A stretch of 64,000 nucleotides of DNA, taken from contig DAIOHD010000001.1 of assembly GCA_036744835.1 (NCBI GenBank), positions 208,967 to 272,966 of the forward strand, written 5' to 3'. The notes beneath the pieces were generated by a model that worked only from the letters and a program-made list of their open reading frames with translations, was not told the origin of the DNA and did no database searches. Positions 16,954-26,300 of this stretch are shown here, one piece after another. The translations under genes were made by a program, and so were the position numbers. The number at the start of each line of letters is the position of its first letter. Within the stretch, counting starts at the first letter, position 1. The DNA is from Candidatus Magasanikiibacteriota bacterium. Its GTDB lineage: Bacteria > Patescibacteriota > Patescibacteriia > Magasanikbacterales > GWA2-37-8.

Positions 16954-18329
16954 TGTCGATTCGTAATTTCGTATTATTTCGTAAGTTCGTACGTAATTTA
17001 TTTATGTCTCGTGATTTAATCTCACAACTCAAAAATCTCAAACATAAAGATATCACTCCCAGTGATGCGTGGTTGAAGCAAAACCGCGGTATTTTGTTAT
17101 CTCAAATCAAAAACAATGCCGTGTCCAATGCTCATACTTCTTATGAAAATTTTTGGATTGCAATGTCCGTGTTTTTTGGTGAAAAAATGATTTTAAATGT
17201 AGTAAAACCCCTATCTATTCTTTTGATAGTCACTATGGTCGGAACTTCTGGTTGGATAGCTACTGTGGATGCTGCTTACGAAAGTTTACCCGGAGACATA
17301 TTATATGGAGCCAAAAGAGTGGTAGAAAAAACCCAGATTACTACCGCTTCGGTTTTGGGTAATAAAGATACTGAAACTAAACTTCATTCTGAATTTGCCA
17401 AACGTCGCGCCAATGAAATAAAAAAAGTTTCTGTTAGTGATGATCCGAAAAAAACCGAAAGAGTTGTAGAAACAGTAAAAGATTTAAAAAATGAGATGAA
17501 TAATTTGAGTGATAAATTGGAAGGAAGCAAACAAGTTAGTTTAGCGGCCAACACTCTCAAAGAAGTAAAGAAAAATACGGATCAGATTAAAAGCGTTTTG
17601 ACCGAAGTAAAAGATGACCTATCTCTTGTAGCGACTTCAACAGTAGATAAAAATACAGTAGAAGTTATTTCGCAAGCCAAAGACATGGTAAAAGATGTAG
17701 CGGTTAAAACCGTTGAAGCGGTGGTAAGTAAACATCTAGAAGGTGACGTTAGTGTTAGTACGGATGAAATCAAAAAAATGTTAAACGAAACTGTTACTGA
17801 AACTATCAATGAAACCTTGGTTAAAACCGGTAATTTGGTGGGGGTAAATAATATTGTTGAAGCGGTTAAAACAGAAATTAAAGTTCTTGATAGTGCCAGT
17901 TCTACTGCTTTTTCTACAACCAGCTCAGCTGATTTGGCGCAACAAATAGAAAATATAGCCAGCACTACCAAGCAAGCTGCGTTACAAACTCAGGAAATTA
18001 TCAAAGATTCCGATAAAAAGACCGATGAATTACAATCAATGTTAAATAGCGGAGATTTGGCCGGAGTTTTAAATATGGTAAAGGAAGTAAACGAAGTAAA
18101 TAAAACCGTGGAGAAAATTATTGATACGGCGGTTGGCAGTGTTCAATTGGCTTTGCCTCCGGTAGTCAGTGTGGTAAAAGAAAAAACCGAAGCCGGAATC
18201 AGTGTTACTTCAACAGCGGATGTAAAAGTGATAGTGACGAGCACTCCGACGGCTTCAACGACTATCATAGTAACAACTACCCCGGTTAATACGTCTACTA
18301 CGGTAGAGACAAGCACACTTAAAAAATAA
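16953..18329 (+). CDS. Putative anti-sigma factor: short cytoplasmic N-terminus, one TM, long extracytoplasmic coiled-coil / S-T-rich domain
   Basis: Start overlaps the sigma-gene stop (translational coupling); topology typical of ECF anti-sigma partners. Confidence 0.45.
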   Translation: MSIRNFVLFRKFVRNLFMSRDLISQLKNLKHKDITPSDAWLKQNRGILLSQIKNNAVSNAHTSYENFWIAMSVFFGEKMILNVVKPLSILLIVTMVGTSGWIATVDAAYESLPGDILYGAKRVVEKTQITTASVLGNKDTETKLHSEFAKRRANEIKKVSVSDDPKKTERVVETVKDLKNEMNNLSDKLEGSKQVSLAANTLKEVKKNTDQIKSVLTEVKDDLSLVATSTVDKNTVEVISQAKDMVKDVAVKTVEAVVSKHLEGDVSVSTDEIKKMLNETVTETINETLVKTGNLVGVNNIVEAVKTEIKVLDSASSTAFSTTSSADLAQQIENIASTTKQAALQTQEIIKDSDKKTDELQSMLNSGDLAGVLNMVKEVNEVNKTVEKIIDTAVGSVQLALPPVVSVVKEKTEAGISVTSTADVKVIVTSTPTASTTIIVTTTPVNTSTTVETSTLKK

Positions 18330-18703
18330 TTTTCAATTTTTAATTTTACAATTTTTAATGAATTTTTAAGATTTAATGCTTAAATTATTTTTGAAAATTT
18401 ATTCATTGTAAATTAATTAAAAATTTTAAATTTTAAATTAAAAATTTCATTTAAATCTTAATTCACCCGACTTACTCCTTCCAGTTTGTAGAAAAGATAA
18501 ATCTTATCTCCAAGCTGGAGGGGGCTACTAAGTCAATCCACTGTTGCTTACAAGGTCGAGAGTCCATATGGACTCGCACAGTATTGTGCGTTTGGCGGGC
18601 TAAGGGCATATGTCTTAGGTCATCAAACAAAAAGTTCCGAATTTTTCTGACCCTGCTTGTCGGGCGCGCAGAAAACCGGAAACTATAAATTATTAATTAA
18701 ATT

Positions 18704-21700
18704 ATGAACTTGAAGAAAATTTTTACCATGGGCGTAGTAATGACAACCATCGTGTGGTCATTAGGCGTTGCCACTTTGGTTCCTTCTGTAGCTAATGCTA
18801 TGGATTCTACCTGTCCAACTTTAGTTGCAGGTGACATGATCAAAGTTACTGGCAAACCAGCTATCTATGCTCTTGATAACAACTTGAATTATCGCTATTT
18901 TCCAGATGGTGATGTGTTCAAATCCTGGAACGCTGATGAAGCTTATGGTGCATACTATAAGTCCATCACCCAAGCTTGTTTTGACAGCTTGGCTCAACCT
19001 GCCGCAGCTCCATACCATGTTTTCTATCGCTCCGGTTCTTACCTCGTTAAGTACCTAAGCTCTGATACATTGTATGTTGTTTCTTTAAACAACAAATTGA
19101 TTCCTATCACTGATGCTGCAGCAAAAGCTATTTTTGGCACCAATTATACTTTCAAAACAATTGGTTTGTCTGAATGGCCTCTATATACCAAAGATACCAC
19201 CACTATCACTGAAGCTACCGTTTATCCTGGTATGCTCGTGAAATCTGGCAGTATCAATTATTTTGTTGATGAAGGTAAAGTGTTACGCGAAGTTACTGCC
19301 GAAGGCATGACCGCTAACCGTTTCAAAGCTGCTTTTGTTCGCACCGTTTCTGTTTCTGGTTTGACAACTGGTGCTACTATCAGCTCTGAAGTTACTTCTT
19401 TGACAAAAAGAGTTGGTGATTCCGGTACTCCTGGAACCACCCCAGCTCCAACAACTAACGTAACTGTTAGCTTGGCTGCTGATACCCCAGCTTCTATGAC
19501 TGTTCCTGGTGGCTCTACCAATGTTACAATGTTGAAATTCAACGTTAATGGCAGTGGTATTGTTAATCAGATCATTTTGAAAAGAAATGGCATTGGTTCA
19601 AATTCTGATTTGACCAATGTTTATCTTTACAGCGGTACCACTCGTTTAACCAGTGGTCGTACTATCGCTTCCGATACCAACACTGTTACTTTTGGTAGTT
19701 TGAACATCAGCTTACCAGCTACTTTGACTGCTGTAGGTGATTTCACAATTGCTGGTGGTAATAATGGTAACCAAAGCGGATTGTCTGTTGTAAAAGTAAA
19801 TACTGTTGACATTAATAATGTAAATGGTAATTATTTCTCTCTTAACACCAATGCTACCGCTTCCGCTGTTACTATTGATGATATCTCTGGTAATTGGGAA
19901 GTAACATTGGGTTCAACTGGAGCTGATCTTGCTAAATTTAAAGTTGTTGCTGGCGTTAATGATATTAACGTAAGCAGAATCGTATTACGTCAAGGCGGCG
20001 CTTTGGCTAATACAAATTTAGCTAATCTCAAATTGTATGTTGGTTCCACTTTATTGGCAACTGCCAGCAATTTGGTTGGTGAAAAATTGATTTTCAATTT
20101 GATTACTCCTTATACTATCGCCAAAAGTCAAACCAAGAACTTCACTGTTACTGGTGACTTGACTGGTGGTCGTACAACCGACAATGTTAAATTCTATGTT
20201 GACGAAGTTACCGATTTATATGTAGTTGATTCTATGTATAATGTTGGTGCTCGTGTCACAAACAGCTGGGCTCTTGGCGATCAAATCGTCAATATGGCCG
20301 GTGGTCAAATCACCTTGGCTGATAACGGTCCTGCTGCTTCCACTATTGCAGTTAATACTACCAATAACAACTTGCTTAAAGTTAATGTTTCTTCTGAAAG
20401 AAACGTAACTGTTAAAAAAGTTAAATTGACTATTAATGTAGGTGGAGCTTTTGCTTATCCTGGTGATGTTACTGACATCAAGAATGTTAAATTAGTTGAT
20501 ACCGATACAGGTTATACCTTGGTTGGTCCAGCTGATCTAAGTTCTTTTACTGATGCTAATCCAGTATTTACAAAAGAATTTACTGATTCTTTTGATTTAA
20601 CAGCTGGCACTGTCAGACACTTGGCTATCCAAGCTGATTTTGATACAGCTCTTACTGATCTTGCTACTATTAAAGCTACTTTGGACTTAAGCGGTGCTAA
20701 TTATCTTTATGATAATGATGCTTCCGAATACATGGCTAGCAGTAAAATCGTTCCGTCCACTTTGGTCGGTAAAGATATGACTGCTTCCACTGCTTCGGTT
20801 ACTATTACAAAAACTGCTACTCCAAACAACTCTACTCAAGTAAAAGGCAACAAAGATGTTAGTGCTCTTGGTATTAGTTTCTCTGCCGGTACAGCTCAAG
20901 ATCTCAAACTTAACAAAGTTGTTTTAGCCGTTTATGGCAACTCAGCTACAAATAATTGGGGTACTGTTTCTGGTGATACTGATGCTAATACTTTGGTTGA
21001 ATCCATTTCTTTATGGGATGGTTCCACTCAAGTTGGTGTAACTAGATCTCTTACTTTGGTAGATAACGATGCTAGTGGTGCTTTTACCGCTGGTGATTGG
21101 TACAAAGCAGAATTCAACAATCTCAGCCTCGTACTTAATAAAGGTGCTAATAAACAGTTGATTGCTAAAATAAATTTACGCAATACTTTTACTGGTACTA
21201 AGTACATTGCTGTTGATGCTGACAAAGCTTTGTTGGAAATTGAAAATGCAGAAGGCAACATTTTGACTGGTTTAACCGGTAAATTAAATGGAACTACAAC
21301 AAAACTTCCTTTAATTACTGCTGTTCAAACTGGTACATTAACTGCTGCTGTAGATGGAAATACTCCAACTACTGGAATGATTTTGACTGGTGCTAGCAAT
21401 ATTGTTTACACCACATATCGTTTCAATGCATCTGATGAAGCCTTCACTATCGTTGGTGCAAAGATCGTTAATAGCGATCCTACCAAAGATGCTACCTTCA
21501 ATAAAATTACTTTGGAATACAAGAATGAAGCTGGTTCTACTGTCACTAAAGAAGGATATCTTTCTGCCGGTGCTTTGACCTTCTCTGATGGTCAAATGGA
21601 TCTCTTTGTTCCTGCTAACACCAACGCTATATTGACAATTAAAGCTGACCTCAACAAAGCTGATGATGCTGGTACTTGGGGCAATGCTTTGAAAATTGGT

Positions 21701-22339
21701 TTGGAGAAATCTGCTAACCAATTCGGTGCTTCCGCTAACTTGACAGATGCCTTTATCGCTATTGGTAAAGCTTCTGGTGCAAAAGTTTACGGCAACACCA
21801 ACAATATTACTTTGGTAGATTCCACAGTAAACGCTAAAACAGCTCGTAAAACTAATATTATCGTAGCTAACGCTAAAACCGATGGCGCTTCTTCTCAGAA
21901 GATTAACGATAATGTTGGTACTTATACCTTCACTTCCGAAGCAGAAGTTGGCAGCAACCAGAATTCTACTGTAACTGCCGTTACTGTTGCTTTGAGTGGT
22001 AGTATGATTACTGCTGGAGGAGATAATTTAGTAACTGTAAACGTATACGACAGCCCAAGCTTTGGTGCTGAATCCTTAATGGGTCAAGCCGCTTTGCCTG
22101 TAGCTGGAGGTGCTATTACTGGTGCTATTACTTTAACAACTCGCAATGAATTTAACGGTGTAAAAACCCTTTACTTCGTTGTAGATTCTACTGATGTCAA
22201 CTTAACTCCTGGTACAACTGGTACCAAGACTTTGGGTTCTCAAATTACTACATTCACTTGGAATGACGGTAAGGCTACTGGTATCACTCCAGTTTCCGGA
22301 GTACCTGTTGTTGGCGCTACAATGTCTTACAGCCTATAA
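18704..22339 (+). CDS. Giant secreted/surface protein (1211 aa), T/S/N/V/G-rich beta-repeat protein, S-layer or adhesin-like
   Basis: Signal peptide MNLKKIFTMGVVMTTIVWSLGVATLVPSVANA; repetitive beta-rich composition; no cytoplasmic-enzyme motifs. Confidence 0.5.
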   Translation: MNLKKIFTMGVVMTTIVWSLGVATLVPSVANAMDSTCPTLVAGDMIKVTGKPAIYALDNNLNYRYFPDGDVFKSWNADEAYGAYYKSITQACFDSLAQPAAAPYHVFYRSGSYLVKYLSSDTLYVVSLNNKLIPITDAAAKAIFGTNYTFKTIGLSEWPLYTKDTTTITEATVYPGMLVKSGSINYFVDEGKVLREVTAEGMTANRFKAAFVRTVSVSGLTTGATISSEVTSLTKRVGDSGTPGTTPAPTTNVTVSLAADTPASMTVPGGSTNVTMLKFNVNGSGIVNQIILKRNGIGSNSDLTNVYLYSGTTRLTSGRTIASDTNTVTFGSLNISLPATLTAVGDFTIAGGNNGNQSGLSVVKVNTVDINNVNGNYFSLNTNATASAVTIDDISGNWEVTLGSTGADLAKFKVVAGVNDINVSRIVLRQGGALANTNLANLKLYVGSTLLATASNLVGEKLIFNLITPYTIAKSQTKNFTVTGDLTGGRTTDNVKFYVDEVTDLYVVDSMYNVGARVTNSWALGDQIVNMAGGQITLADNGPAASTIAVNTTNNNLLKVNVSSERNVTVKKVKLTINVGGAFAYPGDVTDIKNVKLVDTDTGYTLVGPADLSSFTDANPVFTKEFTDSFDLTAGTVRHLAIQADFDTALTDLATIKATLDLSGANYLYDNDASEYMASSKIVPSTLVGKDMTASTASVTITKTATPNNSTQVKGNKDVSALGISFSAGTAQDLKLNKVVLAVYGNSATNNWGTVSGDTDANTLVESISLWDGSTQVGVTRSLTLVDNDASGAFTAGDWYKAEFNNLSLVLNKGANKQLIAKINLRNTFTGTKYIAVDADKALLEIENAEGNILTGLTGKLNGTTTKLPLITAVQTGTLTAAVDGNTPTTGMILTGASNIVYTTYRFNASDEAFTIVGAKIVNSDPTKDATFNKITLEYKNEAGSTVTKEGYLSAGALTFSDGQMDLFVPANTNAILTIKADLNKADDAGTWGNALKIGLEKSANQFGASANLTDAFIAIGKASGAKVYGNTNNITLVDSTVNAKTARKTNIIVANAKTDGASSQKINDNVGTYTFTSEAEVGSNQNSTVTAVTVALSGSMITAGGDNLVTVNVYDSPSFGAESLMGQAALPVAGGAITGAITLTTRNEFNGVKTLYFVVDSTDVNLTPGTTGTKTLGSQITTFTWNDGKATGITPVSGVPVVGATMSYSL

Positions 22340-22370
22340 TCATTTAGGTTAATAAGATAAAGTAAAACAA

Positions 22371-22450
22371 AACCCCGCCTAAAAGGCGGGGTTTTGTTAT
22401 ATATGCAAGCCCCTCATCTGCGTGCAGGTGAGGGGGCGGGGTTTTGTTTT
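22371..22450 (+). terminator. Two consecutive intrinsic terminators after the giant surface gene
   Basis: AACCCCGCC-TAAAA-GGCGGGGTT plus T-run, then CCCCTCA-(nested hairpin)-TGAGGGG followed by GCGGGGTTTTGTTTTT. Confidence 0.65.
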
Positions 22451-22765
22451 TGATGTTTTTTTACTTTCTCAAAAATCAAAAATAGTGTAGAATATACATA
22501 ATCAATCTTTAAATCTTGCAATCTTGTAATCTTTAAATTTTTTAATATTATGAATTTAAAAGAAAAATTTTACATAACGTTGAGTTTTGTGCTCGTCGTT
22601 TTTTTTATTTTTGCTGACCTTTATCTTTACCGTTATTATTATCAAGTAAAAACATCTCCGGTTTTACAAATGGATATTTCAGCGGTGTATGAGAAGTATG
22701 TGGAGGGGATAAAATAAAATCGTATATCGTATAACGTGTATCGTATTTCACATACTATATACGAT

Positions 22766-23342
22766 ATACTAAATACTATATACTAAATATTATTTAAATA
22801 TGTCTAAAACTACTAAACTCATTTTACTTATCAACAGCGGGATCATCCTAGTTCTTTTGGTCATCGGCGGATATCTTTGGTTCGCTCAATCCCAGCTCTT
22901 TGTCAAAGCAGGTTTAGCGGAAAGCAAATTCCCTTATAAACTTTATACCGCTTTTGAACTCCAAGGTATGTATTCTCAAGAACCTCTAGAGAATGTGAAA
23001 ACAACCCAAACACCGGAGCAAACCCATGCGTTATTTATTTCCGCTTTGCGAAAAGGGGATATAGACGGAGCAGTGGAGTGTTGTGTATTGAAAGTAGATA
23101 AAGAAAAGATGAGAGAAAAATTAAACAGAATTAAAGACGCGGATAATTTTATGTTGATGGTGAAAGATATTTCCACCGCTGATTTTTCTTATAATAAAGA
23201 TTTAGAAAAAGAATCAAGAATAAATATTGAATTTTATGGTATTGAAAAGGATAAAAAAATTGGAGCGCTGATGACTTTCCAAAAAAATCTTGATGGTATT
23301 TGGATGATAGAATCTTTTTGATAAGTATATAGTATTTAGTAT
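22766..23342. repeat. Perfect 19-bp inverted repeats flanking the 22800-23321 ORF
   Basis: ATACTAAATACTATATACT at 22766-22784 and AGTATATAGTATTTAGTAT at 23324-23342 are exact reverse complements. Confidence 0.6.
22800..23321 (+). CDS. Hypothetical membrane-anchored protein (173 aa)
   Basis: N-terminal TM/signal anchor (LILLINSGIILVLLVIGGYLWF); no recognizable family. Confidence 0.35.
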   Translation: MSKTTKLILLINSGIILVLLVIGGYLWFAQSQLFVKAGLAESKFPYKLYTAFELQGMYSQEPLENVKTTQTPEQTHALFISALRKGDIDGAVECCVLKVDKEKMREKLNRIKDADNFMLMVKDISTADFSYNKDLEKESRINIEFYGIEKDKKIGALMTFQKNLDGIWMIESF

Positions 23343-23365
23343 TAAGTATTAAGTATTTTAATATT

Positions 23366-26300
23366 ATGCACAGGAGGGGAAAGTTTTTATTTTTCGCAGG
23401 GCTTATGTTTGCTCTGTTTTTTAATCTACAAAATGTATTTGCTTATGACCACAGTATTGCTCATCCGGGAATAGCTGATTTAGCGGTAAAACTTTATAAC
23501 AGTCAAAATGAAATACAAATTACGGCCCAACAAGTGGAATATATTTTACAAGGATCCAATAATGAAGATTCTCCTGTCCGCTGGTTTAACCATTTTTATG
23601 ATCCGATTTATAATATTGGGTTTAGTGATTTCGTATTTGGAGAAAAACTGGGTATTTTCCCGACCGCACCAGTTTGGCTACAAAGTCCTTATGATCAAAT
23701 ACAGTATTCAGTCGGCGATAGGAGTTGGCAAAGAGCGATAGATGATTACGCTCGTGGAGATGAAGAAAAAGCATTCTTGGGATTAGGACACGCTATCCAT
23801 CTGATATCAGACATGTCCGTACCCGCGCACACTCGCAACAGTGCTCATCCGGGAGATTCATACGAAAGTTTTGTTAAAAGTAATTGGAGTAGTATTGCCC
23901 CAAATCTCAATTATGAATTTAGAGAAATAAATAGCTTACAACAAGCTTTTACAGATTTAGCAAATTATTCCAATAATAATTTTTATTCTGACAGAACTAT
24001 TAAAAACAATAAATATAGCATTGTAAATATAATTGAAAATAATTTAATACAAAATAACAACGGCTTATTTTATAGATATTATTTTTCTAAAATAAACAAT
24101 AAACAATATAAAATTTTTGTAAATAAAAATCCTTTAAAATGGAACGATGAAGAAATTTATGAGCTTGATGATTATTTAGTACTAACCGACTATTCTCAAA
24201 CCCTCATCCCCCAAGCTGTTTCCTACAGCTCTGGTTTGATAAAATTATTTTTACAAGAAGCAGAAGCCAAAAAATCTCAATTACAATATGAAAAAATGTC
24301 TTGGTGGCAAAAAATTAATAATGTATTATTTAACGATGATTTGCCGATAGTTCGTCAAACTGTAGAAGGGTATGTAATGGAAAAAACTCTGGCCCCAGCT
24401 ATTGAATTTGGTGGAGATGTTTTGGATAAAGCCAAAGAAATCAAAGAAACAGTTGAAAAAATTGCGCAAAAAAATCAAGAACCAGAAGTTTATGAAAAAA
24501 TTATACCTGAAGCCAAAGCGGAAGAAGAAAAAACAATAATTATATCATCTACAACATTTACAACACCCACAACACTTATAACAACTACAACATCTTATTA
24601 TTCCAGTGGGGGAGGGTCATCTTATGTTCCACCAACTGTGGAACCTACTACCACACCTGAAATCAACCTTGATTTAGAAACCCCATCCCCGGAACTTTTT
24701 TTGGAATTATTTCAAACCACTACTAGTAATTTTATCACCTTGAATTTTAGCTCCAGCGAAACCTCGTCGCTACCTGTGAGTTTTGAGGGGAAACATAGCA
24801 CTTCTACTTTTTGGAATTCGCTTTTTTCTTGGACTACGTCTACGTTATATATTTTTGAAACAAATAAGAGTGGAGAATATAATTTTCGAGTGCGTGCGAT
24901 TGACGGTGTTTATAATACTTCTACTTGGACAGAAATGTCTGTCACTGTGCCACAAAGAGAGTGCATTTATAGCTATTTAACCGGGGAACAAGAAGATGAT
25001 GAGGTTGTTCTGACTCCGGATAGCAGTCCTTATCTTTTAGATTATTATTATGTATCACCCGGAAAGAAATTGATAATAGAACCTGGGACAGTAATAAAAA
25101 GTTTATCTTATGAGGATGGCGAAAATATTTTTGCTTACGCCAATTTGGATGTAGCCGGAGAATTGGAGATATTGGGCACTTCGGAAAATAAAGTGATTTT
25201 TACTTCTGTTTATGACAATAGTTTTGAAAATGAATGTTTAAATACGTTATCTTTGGCCACTTCAAGCGAACAGGTAATGGGCGGAATTTTGATAGGAGTT
25301 TTTGATACTACTGTTGATTTGAAAAATTTTGAGATGAGACAGTTTGATAGACCGCAACCCCATGTTCAGTTAGCTTCTTTTGGTGGTTTTTATAATGATT
25401 ATATTTATCCTACCAATGAATGTATTATTGTTGAAAATTCGGCTATAAATATTACCGGTGCTGTTTTTAAAGGATGCGGGGGAGAAGGAGCATTACAAAT
25501 AAAAAATTCGCAAGTTACGATAAAAAATAGCCAAATAATATCCGATTTAAACGCTTATGATAATGGTGTGGTAGTAGAAGGGGGCGATTTATTTTTGGAT
25601 ACAGTAAAAATAAGCGGTTATCGTGAATATCCTTTAAAAATTTTAGCGGAAGCAAATTTTCAGTTTATTGATTTATCTTTGGAAAATAATAGAGTTAATG
25701 CTATTTTAAACCCTGAGTTAAAAGGTGATTTAAATTTAAAAAAAGATGAAAATTTTTGGGTTTTAAATAGAGATATTTTGAATAGTTTGTCTTCGTTTAC
25801 AGTTGATCCTGGGGCAAGTTTTTATTATGAAGGAATGGATGGTATATCTTCTAACAAAAATCTATCTCTCATCGGTACGCCAGAAGATAGGATTAAAATA
25901 TATTTACCAAATATTTATGAAAGCGCCATGTCATTTAACGGTACAACAAATATTTTTAAATACGTGGATTTTGTCGGTTTGGAGCCCTATCTAAATACCG
26001 GATTGAAAGATTCATACGGAGTAGAAAATTCTTGGGGCTTAGTTTTGTCGGATTCTTACAGAAGAGAAATTTTAAATTTTAGCAAAAGACGTAGTCAGGG
26101 TTTGATAATCAGAAATGGCAATCTTGTTTTAGAAAATGTCAGATTTTTTAATAGTTTTATTCCGTGGTCTGTCGCTTTGAATTTATATAATTCTACTAGT
26201 TCTTTAAAAGAAGTTTCTTTTATTACGATTAAGCCTTATGGAGAAATTTTTTATTTGGAAGAAGCGGAAAATTTGGGTATTAACGGAGACGGCGGAATTG

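Noticed and set aside
18330-18460. AT-rich (AAAATT)n-like low-complexity spacers (also 30150-30215, 34530-34595, 60830-60960) as a distinct repeat family
   Set aside because: They are simple-sequence AT tracts typical of promoter regions in AT-rich genomes. They have no defined ends or conserved unit beyond AAAATT/AATTT, and were not scored as elements.
18461-18700. Assignment of the GC-rich structured segment to RNase P RNA, tmRNA, SRP RNA or 6S RNA
   Set aside because: None of the conserved boxes recalled for these RNAs are present. These are the RNase P CR-I/CR-V GGAAAGUCCGG and ACAGAA motifs, the tmRNA tRNA-like 3' end, and the SRP GGAA-tetraloop domain IV with AGGAAGCAG. It is left unassigned.
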